A DNA stretch of 64,000 nt from positions 3,155,487-3,219,486 of the forward strand of contig NC_057752.1 of NCBI RefSeq assembly GCF_004010195.1, read 5' to 3'. Of this stretch, positions 48,773 to 61,385 are shown in pieces. Below the pieces are notes generated by a model, which worked only from the letters and a program-made list of their open reading frames with translations, searched no databases and was not told where the DNA came from. The first letter of the stretch is position 1; each line of letters starts with the position of its first letter. The position numbers and the translations under genes were made by a program. Source of the DNA: Chiloscyllium plagiosum. Taxonomy: Eukaryota.

Positions 48773-49964
48773 ACTCTGGGTATACAGGTCTACATCATCG
48801 ATGCAGCTACTGCAATTCTAGTCCTAACACAAAACCCTGGGGAACACCACTGTACCCAGTCCTTACTGTGTACAAAATAACGGCAACAAGACAATCACAG
48901 TGATTCATAGCAGGTGGACAGACTTGGGAGAAATGATGAGTTGCCATACAAATGCTACTCTTTCTATTTTTTGATCAGTCCAGGCTGGATTAAATGTTCT
49001 CTGAGGAGACAGACGAATGGCCTAACCCAGGGTACACATTTAACTAGTTTGCCGAAACCATCTGGACCCTGAGATTAAATTACTGACTGCTACTCAATTG
49101 TATCCGTGAGTGTTTTGTTCTTTTAATAAAATGTAGGCTCTGTGACAGAATGATATTTCGTGCTGTTATTGCTTGGCTGTAATAACAGATTCCTATGTTC
49201 ATTTCTCTTGTTCTCAAGTTTGATCTAAAGTCTCTTACAACCATGAAGGGACATGAAAAGATGCACTACCTCTCTTCCTAGTTTCGGCTCCTCTTTCGAC
49301 GTGAGCGAGTCTCTCTCCATTCAAGAGCGCCGAGCGTTCGAAGATTAATGGGCGGTCTAACTAAATGACCATTAAAAGATGGCAACTGGAAACCTCCATA
49401 TGGAAGTTGACAGATTTTTGTTTCGTAACGCTGTTAAAGATTACAGACCCAAAACTGGGAATTGGAATTAAACTGTAGGTCAGCTAACATCCGAATCAGT
49501 GCTGGAACAGTCCTGATGGGCTCAATAGCCTCCTCCAGTCTTTATGTTTCTAATGGTGGCATTGTTTAAAATGTTCACTCATGGGATGCCCTGCCCGTTG
49601 AGAAGGTGAGGGTTGAGCTGCCTTCTTGAACTGCTGCAGTCCACCTGCTGTGGGTTGACCCACGATTTCCCATGAGTCCAGACAGTGGGTGGAGAAAAGT
49701 TATTGGATGATGGGACTATTGCAACCACACACAACCCTCTCCTGACTCTTGAGGAGAGTGCATATATTTTCCAACGAGGTTGTAGGGGTGGGTGACAGGA
49801 AAATAATCAGATCCTAAATATCACACAAGGGGTGATGAGGTCAATTGTAAAATACCTAGCAGCCCTGAGCTCGACTAATTAACGACAGATCAGGGATTGA
49901 TCAGGGCGATCAGTGACATACCAGGCCAGGTATTTACCCACAAAGCCATTAGAACCACACCTAC

Positions 49965-50610
49965 TCCCTGAAAGTGGCCACACAAGTAGATAGGGTGGCC
50001 AAGATGGCATTATGGGCATGCTTGTCTTTATTGGTCAGGGCATTGAGTACAAGAGTCCGGGTGCCATGTTGCAACTTTACAAAACTTTGGTTAGGCCGCA
50101 CTAGAGTACTGCGTTCAATTCTGATCACTACATGACAGGAAGGATGTGGAGGTTTTGGAGAGGGTACAGAAGAGGTTTACCAGGATGCTGCCTGGATTAG
50201 AGGGTATGGGCTACAAGGGGAGGCGAGAAAAACTCAAGTAGTTTTCTCTGGAGCGACGGAAGGTGAGGGGAGATCTGATAGAAGGCTATAAAATTATGGG
50301 ATGCGTAGATAGCATTGACGGTCAGAATCTTTTCCCCAGAGTTGAAATGTCAAATTCTAGGGGCCACGCATTTAAGGTGGGACGGGGAAAGATCAAAGGA
50401 GATGTGAGGGGCAAGGATTTTGTACAGAGAGTGGTCAGAGTGTGGAACGTGCTGCCAGAGTGGTGCTGGGGGCAGATATGATTGGGGCGTTTAAGGGACT
50501 TTTAGATATGCGCATGAATATGCAAGGAATAGAGGGATATGGACCAAGGGCAGACAGAAGGGATCAGTTTAATTTGGTGCCATGGGTCAAAGGGCCTGTT
50601 CCTGTTCTAT
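49965..50610 (+). mobile_element. CR1 3' fragment
   Basis: RGDLIEGYKIM..NLFPRVEMSNSRGHAFKV..QRVVRVWNVLP. Confidence 0.88.
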
Positions 50611-51799
50611 AACACCAAGAAGCTGTTTGAACTGCGATTCATTCAGGGACAAGCAGTGTAGCTGCTCCTCCACACCCCTCNNNNNGTGCCTCCACTTCCT
50701 ATCAGAACTCCCCCCCCCCACTCACTCCCCTCTCGAGGTGCTAGTCCTAACAGACTGACTGCTGTTCAGTCCCTGGACTGTAGTCAGACATGCCCTGACT
50801 GTGAGTGATCCAAATGGACGATGGACCAATGCCAAGCCTGAGGGTAGACAGTCTGTGCCCGTGACTGATGGCACCGGGACCCCCGCCCCCCCAACTGACA
50901 GTTGCATTCCCACCCCAGCTTAAATAGACCGAGGACTCACCAACCCCCCCCCCAACCCAGTTTCCAACATGGCTGCTTGATTGGATACAGGCGCTGTGTG
51001 TTTGCCACCCAGGCAGAGGGCACATGCTGTCAGTGTTAGATTGATGTCTCATGTGTCTGTGCTAAAGACCATGTCAATACGGCAGCACCCAGAGTCCTAG
51101 TGCCAATGCCCTAGCAAGCCTAGCATAGCATGGCAAGGCAAGACATGGCTATTACGAACATGAAGGTTGGTACCAAGTGAGCAAGTGCTAAGCGAACCAG
51201 TGGGCAGCCCTGAGATACAGCCTGGTCTGATGATGTCTCTGTACGCCCAGTCCCCTTGATGCAACCTTTCGATGTTGGCTGTGGCAGCCTGTGCTTCTCA
51301 AGGGTCAACCGGAGAGGTGCCATGAGGATCGCCAGGGACTGGCAAATGCCGGATGCCAATGCCCGCGGATGATTCTGCCACAAAGGTTGCATTAGCTCAT
51401 GCCATTCAGGCCCGTATAAGATTCCAGCAAAGGGACACACAGAGGGAAGTGAGGGCTGTTGCAGACAGGTGAAATTCTCCGTCACCTTGCTGCCAAGTTG
51501 GTGTCCACTCTGCAGTCTGCACCTCACCTCCCCACGCCACACTTGCAAGAGTCCTGCTTGGCTTGAGTGGAAGAAGTTGAAAGAAATTATCCGAGTGCTC
51601 CTTACAACTTAATTCCCCTTACGTTTTGAGTACGGACATGGTACGAAATGGACAAAAGCCTCCAAACAAAAAATCTTCTTTGACTTTTCTTTTAAAACAG
51701 GAAAATCTTCAATTCTCTCCAATCATTAATCATGGACTGGTCTATTCAGAGACAAATTCTCAAATCCCGTATTCTGATGTCTCATTCGCCCAAATAGGG

Positions 51800-52058
51800 T
51801 GGGGTGGCACGGTGGCTCAGTGGTTAGCTCTGCTGCCTCACAGTAGCAAGGACCCGGGTTTGATTCCAGCCTCGGGTAGTCATGTGCGTGGGTTTCCTCC
51901 CATAATTCAAAGATGTGTAGTTTAGGTAAATTGCCAATAGTGTGCAGGGATGTGTAGGTTAGGTGCATAAGTCAGGGGTAAACGTAGGGGAATGGGCCTG
52001 GGTGGGTTACTCTTCAAAGGGTCAGTTTGAGCCGCAGGGCCTGTTTCCACAGGATTCT
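51800..52058 (+). mobile_element. HE1 V-SINE with internal deletions
   Basis: Head ggtggcacggtggctcagtggttag, partial V-domain, tail. Confidence 0.85.
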
Positions 52059-52654
52059 AAAGAAAATAGAGCCATCCAGCCAGAACTATTTTACAGGGCT
52101 ACTAACTCAACCTCTAGAGGAAACCATTTCCAACAGCACTTCCAAATTTACTGTATCATTTCATAACTGGGAAAGTCTCAGCTGGAGACCTGGACCTTGG
52201 GAAACACAATATCTTGATTTATTTATATTTTTGTCTCTGACTGTACAGCAATTTATTAATTTATGGCTTTAATAAAAGGTGTTTGCACGGCCAGAGAAAC
52301 AAGCTTCATTAAAATTTATGAGATCCATTTCCAATCTCTGGCCAAACATTGCTACGTGGTTAAATTTGCTGTATTCCCTTTGATGTACTAATCCATTGCA
52401 GTTAAAGGAAGACAAATCTATCTAAAATTGATGATGGGCCTTAACTGTTATAATGGGAAGATGCATCAAAAGTTGATGCTTAGAGTGTGGAACTTGCTCC
52501 CACATGAAACAGTTGAGGTGAATAACACAGATGTACTCAAAGACAGGCTGAAGAAGGAAGAAAGGAGGAGAAAGTTATTCCTCTGCTGTTATGATCATCA
52601 TTATTATCCCATTCACCAGTTGACCCTGAGCTTACTGACCTATATTGCTTAAAT

Positions 52655-52760
52655 GGAGAATGTGCAAACACCACACAGTCGCCTGAGGGAGGGATCGAAC
52701 CCAGGTCTCTGGCGCCATGAGGCAGCAGTGCTAACCACTGAGCCACCGTGCTGCCCTGCC
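52655..52760 (-). mobile_element. HE1 5' half
   Basis: tRNA-like head with A/B boxes on minus. Confidence 0.8.
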
Positions 52761-52919
52761 CGTGAGTCATAGAGTCCCTAACCAGGAGAAATAGGAGGGA
52801 CGGCAACTATTTGCTCTCCTTAACATTGCGAAAACTTCAATCAAATCACCCCGTAATCTTGTCAAGTCCAGTTTGTTTCATTTAACTTTCTAAGTTAACC
52901 CTTGGGGTTTAGCTGTCAG

Positions 52920-53430
52920 ATATCCAACTCTCCAACAAGGCAAACCTAACCATTTTCCCTTGATGTTCAGTGGCATCACTGGCTGAATCCCCCACTATTA
53001 ACTTGTTGGTTACCATTGACCAGATCCTGAACTGGACTGGCCACATCAATACTGTGGCTTCAACAGCAAGTCAGAGGGTAGGAATACTGCAGTGAGTACT
53101 GCAGTGTCCACCATCTACAAGGCTCGAGTCAGGAGTGTGATGGAATACTCCCCATTTGCCCTGGATGGGTGCAGCCCCAACAACACTCAAGAAGCTCAAC
53201 ACCATCCAGGACAAAGCAGCCCCCGCTTGGGTTGGCATCAAATCTTCTCCATCAAAGAGGCACAGTGCCAGCAGTATGTACCATCTACAAGATGCAACGT
53301 GCCAAAGTCTCCTCAGACAGCTCCTTTCAAACCCACAGCCTCTGCCATCTAGAAGGACAAGGGCAGCCGATACATAAGAACATCGCCTGCTTGCAAGTTC
53401 CCCTCTGAGCCACTCACCACCCAGACCCGC
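52920..53430 (+). mobile_element. CR1/L2-group LINE ORF2 C-terminal remnant
   Basis: STIYKARVRSVMEYSP..WMGAAPTTLKKLNTIQDKAA motif across a frameshift. Confidence 0.75.
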
Positions 53431-54814
53431 TGAAACTGTGAGGGAAATGCCAGCTCCTGAGGTTACAGACTTGAGGGGAGGGGGGCACGGAGGAGTTGGT
53501 CCACAGCATTCTCGTGGATGTTCACTTGCTGGCAATGCTAGCTGTGTCTTCAATCCGTCCCACATGCTACAGCGGGCATGCTGGGTAAATGATGAATGAC
53601 ACCTTGCCTTGGAGATGAGACTTTGCATTCATGTGGATTAGGTGGTGGGTAACTCTCCCGCCATGTAATCAGAGACAGATATTCCTACAGGTAGATCAGG
53701 AACGGCAAGGCTTCACGGCATTTGCCTTCTTGCATCGGCTCCTTTACCACCTCAGGTTGGCACAGACTGGTAGCCAGGTCCATCATGACTTGAACCAGCT
53801 TGGTTCATGTTGACGCGGCCACGTCCCTCTCAGTGACAGATGCTGCTGGTCTCTGCTTGGAGAAAGTGCTGTGCCCTTGCTGTCTTCAGCACTTCCACAT
53901 GGTGTTCGACATAGGGGAAGCAATGATTTTTTAAAAATTATTTATTTGTGGAATGTGGGCGTCGCCCAGCATTTATCGTCCCTAGTTGCCCCTTGAGAAG
54001 GTGGGGGTGAGCTGCCTTCTTGAACCGCTGCAGTCCATCTGCTGTGGCTTGACCCACAATGCCCTGTTGGGGGGGAGGGGTGCAATTGTGGGCTGCCTTT
54101 TCAGGCTGGGCTGAGAGAATCTGGGGTGACTCCCAGGGTAAGTCCCTCCTGACTGAGCCACAGATTAAACCAAGACTCCTGGTGGGCTGGGTGCAGCAGC
54201 AATCGTAGGCCGCCCAGTTACCCCCAGCATGTCTGCAAAAGCCACTCTTAAGTTCAACTTTAAAAGCACCCTCTTCTCTTATGTAGCCCTCCCTGGCTGC
54301 TGCTTTCAGAGATTGATGGGGAAGCGCTTTATAAAACTGGAAGGGACTCTCAGTTGCTTTAGACTGTTCTCGATATAATGGCCGGCTATCTACTCTCGTG
54401 TTGAAAAGAGAGTTGGGGAAAACCAGTTCGGTCTCCGCAAAAGCCCTTTGCTTTCTTGTTAAAACAAAAGCGCGTTTTCCGATTCAAGTCCTGACGATCA
54501 GCCTTTCTTTAGGAAGATTGGTGAAAGAAAAATAAATACTGGTCAATGTTGACTAAGGAACTGAGCACCGCTGAGTGGCAGCGGTGGCCCAAGCAGCATC
54601 TGCACTCTGACAGTCCACCACATGATGGCAGTGTTGGCACAGATGCATTGACGCTGCCTTTTCAGGCTGGGCTGAGAGAATCTGGGGTGACTCCCAGGGT
54701 AAGTCCCTCCTGACTGAGCCACAGATTAAACAGTGCACTCTGACAGTCCACCACATGATGGCAGTGTTGGCACAGATGCATTGACACAGCGAGTGCCCGT
54801 GCACGAACACAAAC

Positions 54815-54925
54815 AGAGGGAGAGAGTCAGGAGAGGACACAGAGAGAGAGAGAGAGGCAGAGAAAGAAAGAGAGAAAATGAAAGCGATAAGTCAAGAGAG
54901 ACAATGCAGTGGAGACACAAAGGAG
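54815..54925. repeat. GA-rich simple repeat
   Basis: (GA)n and purine tract. Confidence 0.85.
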
Positions 54926-55539
54926 AGAATTGAGAGCAGACATTATCCATTTGGGAGGCAGTACCATAGAATCATGGTACTGATCCAGCCACAGAAGGGA
55001 CTCTGTTGGAAGAGTGGAGGAAACTCATTTACACAGAAATTGTGGTCTTAATGCTTTTTTCCTTAATCCAATCGGTATCCAATACTTGAATCACAGAACA
55101 ATTCAGCACAGAAGGTGGCTACCTTTTTTCCATTCTATCGCAGCTGGCTCCGAGACAGAACAAATGAATAAATCCTGCCCCCCCTCTCTTCCCTAACAGC
55201 CCTGCGTAGCTTCTTTCTCACATCTGGTTCCAAATTTCCTTTCGAAAACTGCGATTGAATCTGCCACCACCACCACCCTTTCATGGGTGGAATCCCGTGC
55301 CCTCTCCCTGGTGGTGGTGAGGCAGTGTATTGAGCAGGAAGGGGAATCCCGTGCCCTCTCCTTGGTGGGTATGGTGGTAGTGGGGTAATTAATCCACCAC
55401 GAAGGTTCTGAGCGGGAGCCCCATCACTCTCCCTCCTCCACCCCCATCAAATCTACAGTGAGAAACCTCCTGGACCACGTTCCCTCCCCACCACTGACTG
55501 AGGTTCTTAAATGGGCAAACAAAACCCTTTCTTTTCTGT

Positions 55540-56720
55540 AAGACCATAAGACACAGGAACAGAGGTAGGCCATTCAGCCCATCAGGTCTGTTCCGCCATT
55601 CAATGAGATCGTGACTGATCTGATCATCCTCAACCCCACTTTCCTGCCTTTTCCCCCATACATCCATGATTCCCTTCCTGATTAAAAATCTGCCTGTCTC
55701 AGCCTTGAATAATGACTCAGCCTCGACAGCCCTCTGTGGTAAAGAATTCCACAGATTCACTCCCCTCAGAGAGAAGAAATTCCTCCTCATCCTTGCCCCT
55801 TATCCTGGGATGATGCCCTATGGTCCGAGAATTTCCCACAAGGGGAAACAACCATTCCCCATCTCCCCTCTGTCAAGTCCCCCTGAAAATCTTATATGTT
55901 TCAATAAGGTCACTCTCATTCTTTTAAACCCCAATGAGTACAAGCCCAGCCGACTCAACCTCTCATAAAAAAAACCCTCCATAACTGGATTCCACACAGC
56001 TAAGCTTCTCTGGACAGCCTCTGACGTCAGTATGCTTTTCCTTAGATAAGGGACCTATGTCACACAGCTGGTCCCTTTTCTCAAGGATACTGTGTCCTTG
56101 GTTTTTCTCAGAGGGGTCATAAACAGGCCGGGCTCCAAAACGTCTGGGTTGGTGCAGAGATGAAAGGGTTTCCTGAGAGGCCTTTTTGTTTATACGTACA
56201 CAGATGAGACTTCAGGCCGCAGCTTTCATGTTTTCGAAGTGACCTGTATCATGAAAGGGGAGCGGTCAGTCCTGAAAGCTGAAGTCTTGTTTGAGTCAGT
56301 TCAGCAGCGGAGCTGTGTGTGAAACAGGCTGCTCAACTCTCTCTCCTTCTGCCCTTCGAACTTTGACCTATGAGCATCTGTTTCGTTTTTACTGTGTTTA
56401 AGGGGGTTTGCTTATTGCACGTATTTTTCAGAACAGCATAATTAAGTCTAGTTTGGATAGACTGAGTTCTGTGAGTATTCTATATTCTATTCTTTGCGTT
56501 TCATTCCATAATTCTGTCAATAAATTTTTGTCTGCTTTACAACCTGGTAGTCAACCTCGCTAACTCACTCCGGGTAATTTTCACTGTATACTTACCGACA
56601 GAAATTGCAAAGTTATGGTCTGGGCTGCCTGCTTAAGGATGTTTTGAGTGATCTGGCCGAGTCGAGAACACCCAAAACTGTTCACGTTATTTCAACTATG
56701 GCCTGACTGGTGCATTGCAT
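55540..56720 (-). mobile_element. CR1 3' fragment split by a solo LTR
   Basis: MRRNFFSLRGVNLWNSLPQRAVEAES; sequence resumes cccaaaactgttcac after the LTR. Confidence 0.82.
56058..56670 (+). mobile_element. Solo LTR (613 bp)
   Basis: TGT...ACA termini, imperfect 4-bp TSD ccta/ccca, AATAAA at ~56519; layout similar to the LTR at 38179. Confidence 0.7.
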
Positions 56721-56721
56721 C

Positions 56722-57152
56722 ATTAGATTAGATTACTTACAGTGTGGAAACAGGCCCATCAGCTCAACAAGTCCACACCGACCCGCTGAAGCGCACCCAC
56801 CCAGACCCATTCCCCTACACCTAACACTACAGGCAATTTAGCATGGCCAATCCACCTGACTGGCACATTTTGGACTGTGGGAGGAAACCGGAGCACCCGG
56901 AGGAAACCCACGCAGACACGGGGAGAATGTGCAAACTCCACACAGACAGTTGGCTGAGGCAGGAATTGAACCCGGGTCGCTGGCACTGTAAGGCAGCAGT
57001 GCTAACCACTGTGCCAACGTGCCACCCTTTTTTTAGATTAGATTAGATTACTTACAGTGTGGAAACAGGCCCTTTGGCCCAACAAGTCCACACCGACCCT
57101 CCGAAGAGCAACCCACCCAGACCCATTCCCCTACATTTACCCTTTCGCCTAA
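56722..57152 (-). mobile_element. HE1 V-SINE (56722-57027) plus a second HE1 3' end (57035-57152)
   Basis: Two attagattagattacttacagtgtggaaacaggccc tails. Confidence 0.9.
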
Positions 57153-57502
57153 TTTTTGTAGCAAACATCTCTGTTTTTATACTCTATTCCCTGGAAATGA
57201 AGGTCAACATTCCAATTGCTGTCCCTATTACCCGCTGAACTTGGATACCAGCTTGTTGTGAGTTTTGCAGGAGGACCTCCAAATCCTTTTGTGGTGCAGC
57301 TTTCCGCAGTCTTTCTCCCTTTAAGTAATATTCAACAACTTCTCATAAACTCAGCAATGCACTCAGTTCTGTCATTCGAGTCAGTAAATAATTGCGGCCC
57401 CAACACTGACCCTTGCGGTGCTCCGCTAGTTCCTAGCTCCTGTTCTCACAAAGCCCCCCCCCCCCCGTCAGCCTTCTAAGAGTTGGCCAATCCTCTATCC
57501 AT

Positions 57503-57724
57503 TAGGAGAAAGTGAGGACTACAGATGCTGGAGATCAGAGTCAAGAGTGTGGTGCTGGAAAAGCACAGCAGGTCAGGCAGCATCCGAGGAGCAGGGGAAT
57601 CAACGTTTCAGGCATAAGCCCTTCATCAGGATTCCTGATGAGGGGCTTATGCCCGAAACATTGACTCTCCTGATTCTCGGATGCTGCCCGATCTGCTGTG
57701 CTTTTCCAGCACCACATTCTCGAA
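57503..57724. mobile_element. Head-to-head family-A PLE pseudo-LTR hairpin with two hammerhead motifs
   Basis: Centre ttcatcagga-t-tcctgatga at 57632; arms inverted over ~90 bp; left arm carries an extra ~35-bp tail. Confidence 0.87.
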
Positions 57725-58454
57725 TCCTTGAATTAATATACCCACCCAACACCATGGGCACTTATCATATTGTCTGAAGTGCTGTACCTTATCAAGTGCC
57801 TTTTGGAAATCCAAATATATTGCTATCTGGGGCTGATGAATCGATCTTGCACCTCTATTCCACAAGATGAAAAGTCAAACAGTTCGAAAATGTCAGAGAG
57901 TATGGTCCCAGGCACTCAGAGGGAATCAAATTCCCCGTTGCCGTTGGAAACAGGGAGCCTGACTGCTCACTCCGAAGGCTTGTCAGGATTCGCTGCTTTA
58001 GAGTTTTTGAAGTCTCCTCTTGAGGCAGCAGCTTCAGCGTGGGGTGGAGGGGGGTGGGGGTAGAAGGCTTTGTGAAAACTCCATATGAACCAGTCGCTGT
58101 AGGACATTCGCAAAAATTCGGCACTTCATTTCAATTCCAGGCTGCTTTCAAGTAGCTCCATGCCTAATCAACTGCATCCAATTTCAAAAGATTTCATATT
58201 TTCAGGATGTGGGTCTGTTCGGCTGTCTGCTGCTGGCAGAAATAGCTGTGCTGAACTGGCCTGTCTTTGCTCGACATGCATTGACATAGCGCCGCCAACA
58301 AACCACCAGGCACAAATCAGACAAGATTTGACCCTATTAGCTGACCAAGCCACATGGACAGAGAGTTCGGCTTTAAGGAATAGTTTAAATAAAAGAACAA
58401 AGTCTAGGTAGAGAGGGTTAGGGACAGACTTTCAGAGGTGGCTGTTAGCAGTTT

Positions 58455-58912
58455 AATTTGATTTGCTTTATTATTGTCACATGCACCGAGATACAGTGAA
58501 AAGTATTGTTGTGCGTACTGTCCAGGTGAGTCAGTGCATCAGGGTGATAGAACAGATTGGAGCATCACAGCTACAGAGAAGGTGCAGAGAAAGATGTATG
58601 AGAGGTCCATTCAGAAGTCTAATAACAGCAGGGAAGAAGCTGTTCTTGAATCTGTTGGTCTGTGTGTATCTTCTGCCCGAGGGAAGAGTTTGGAAGAGAT
58701 GATAAGGGGTGGGAGGGGTCTTTGATGATGTTGCTGCCTTCCCGAGGCAGTGGGAAGTGTAGATGGAGCCAGTGGATGGAAGGTTGGTTTGGGTGATGGA
58801 CTGGGCTGTGTTCACAACTCTCTGTAGTTTCTCACTGTCCTGGGCAGAGCAGTTGCCGTACCAAGCCGTGTAACATCCTGATGGGATGATTTCTGTGGTG
58901 CATCTGTAAAAT
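58455..58912 (-). mobile_element. Rex1/Babar LINE 3' fragment
   Basis: FYRCTTEII.SGCYTAWYGNCSAQDSEKLQRVV...RFKNSFFPAVIRLLN. Confidence 0.87.
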
Positions 58913-59311
58913 GGTGGAGCGCTTAAAACCAGGGACACTCAAGAAACCAGGATCAGAGGACTGCAGAAATCTGGGTGGGTTATTATTTTTTTCACAGTGT
59001 TATTTCTTCCATTTCCTGCTTTGCAAAGTGGTGGGACACGACTTCTCCCAGGTTAGCAGGTTTGCTACAATCTGAAACACCAGCCAGGGAGAGAAATGGA
59101 GGTCTTTCAAGGGCCTTAGGTAGAGAGCGTTGGCCATAATGCAAGCTCTTATGGTTCATTTTTGACCACGCACTGAAAATTCAGCTTTGTAAGTCAGTGA
59201 AAAATGCGTTGTTTTTCAAAAATGTGACTGTTTAGGATCTTCAAGATAATTGAATCAAATGGACCGTTAAAAGCAGATGTGTGGCAGCTGCACAGCAGTT
59301 TATCGTGAGCT

Positions 59312-59498
59312 TTAGATTAGATTAGATTACATTATAGTGTGGAAACAGGCCCTTCGGCCCAACAAGTCCACACCGCCCCGCCGAAGCGAAACCCATACCT
59401 CTACATTTACCCCTTACCTAACACTGCGGGCAATTTAGCATGGCCAATTCACCTAACCTGCACATCTTTGGACTGTGGGAGGAAACCGGAGCACCCGG
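59312..59498 (-). mobile_element. HE1 3' half, cut by a gap
   Basis: Tail and V-domain run into N. Confidence 0.88.
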
Positions 59499-59910
59499 NN
59501 NNNNNNNNNNNNNNNNNNNNNNNNNNNNNNNNNNNNNNNNNNNNNNNNNNNNNNNNNNNNNNNNNNNNNNNNNNNNNNNNNNNNNNNNNNNNNNNNNNNN
59601 NNNNNNNNNNNNNNNNNNNNNNNNNNNNNNNNNNNNNNNNNNNNNNNNNNNNNNNNNNNNNNNNNNNNNNNNNNNNNNNNNNNNNNNNNNNNNNNNNNNN
59701 NNNNNNNNNNNNNNNNNNNNNNNNNNNNNNNNNNNNNNNNNNNNNNNNNNNNNNNNNNNNNNNNNNNNNNNNNNNNNNNNNNNNNNNNNNNNNNNNNNNN
59801 NNNNNNNNNNNNNNNNNNNNNNNNNNNNNNNNNNNNNNNNNNNNNNNNNNNNNNNNNNNNNNNNNNNNNNNNNNNNNNNNNNNNNNNNNNNNNNNNNNNN
59901 NNNNNNNNNN
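59499..59910. other. Assembly gap (412 N)
   Basis: N run. Confidence 1.
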
Positions 59911-60063
59911 CTCACACACACAGACACACACACACATGCATAGACACAGACACACACACAGACACAGATGCACATGCACACACACAGACACACACACACC
60001 CACACACACATACACCCCCACCCCCACACATGAGCACACACCGATACATACACACACATGCAC
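59911..60063. repeat. Imperfect (CA)n microsatellite
   Basis: CA tract. Confidence 0.95.
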
Positions 60064-60577
60064 TCCCCTTCCCCTCTGTGTTCTGGATTCTCCAGCCGGT
60101 GGTGGTGGGGGAACAATCTCTCAGTTTCGGCCCCATCGAGATCCTCCAGAATCATCTCCGTTTCACTGAGATTCCCTCTCATTCTTCTAAACTCCAGAGA
60201 ATATCTATTACCCTGATGTCCTTCTGTGATTTGTCTGGACAGCACACAAGACAATAGTTTTCACTGTATCACAGTACACAGGACGATCATAAATCAATGT
60301 ACTCAGCCTTTCATGGTGGGATAACCCTCTCATCCCATGGACCAGTACCCTGGCCCTTCGCTGGACCATTCCACTTCTCCTTTCTCAGTGTTCCCACCTG
60401 GAGACAGCTCCTGAATCTACGCAGCCAGAAGAGGAAGCGAACAGGGTGCTGTTGGCACCTACCTGACCCAGGCTGTTGGCATTCCAGCCTTCAGAATCAT
60501 CTGCTGCCACCCTCCGCCCCACCAAGAGTCCGGCTTGCTGTAGCGACATGAGCTTTTGCATGCAACTCTTTAACAAT

Positions 60578-60900
60578 GGAGCTCAGTGGTTAGCACTGCT
60601 GCCTCACCGGGCCAGGGACGCAGGTTCGATTCCAGCCTCAGGCGACTGTCCGTGTGGAGTTTGCACCTTCTCCCCGTGTCTGCATGGGTTGCTCCGGTTT
60701 CCTCCCACAGTCCAAAAGTGTGTAGGTTAGGGTGGATTAGCCATGGGAAATTGTCCATAGTGTTCAGGGATGTGCAGGTTAGGTGCATTAGTCAGGGGTA
60801 AGAGTAGAGTAATGGGGAACAGGTTTGGGTGGATACTCTTCGGAGGATTGGTGTGGAATTGTTGGACGAAAGGGCCTGTTCCCACACTGTAGGAATTCTC
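60578..60900 (+). mobile_element. HE1 V-SINE
   Basis: A/B boxes, V-domain, tail. Confidence 0.9.
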
Positions 60901-61385
60901 TGCGTTCTTGCTGACAAATGCACGCTGCAATCAGAAACCACGGGTAGGAATCCTTGAGGCGCTGATTTACCTTCCCATGGCCCGATTCACCAGGAATCTC
61001 TCCTTCACTCAGGGGTGTGTTTTGGAGAGCTGGGCGGGATGTTAGATAGCTGGTTATGAACTCATCTCCCTCGGCCATCGAGCCCTGAGGTAAGATTTGA
61101 ACCCACAGATGCTGACTTGGAGTCACCCAACATGCAAACAGACCCTTCGGCCCAACCTGTCCATGCCGACCACGTTTCCCCACCTTAATTAGTCCCATTT
61201 GCCAGCTTGGTTCAAAACGAGGGGGCATAGTTTTGAGGCGAGAGGACAAAGATTTAAAAGGGATCATGTTCTTGATAAGCTACCATGAAAGGTTTTAAAA
61301 TGACCTGGAGATGGTTGCTGAGCATGTTACCAACGTCGGTCACTTTGTAGGCAGTGCAGGCCAGAGAACTGGTGTATAACGCTGT

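Noticed and set aside
54618..54634. CTCF-like motif ccacatgatggcag in duplicated block B
   Set aside because: Two mismatches in the core consensus; too weak without ChIP data.
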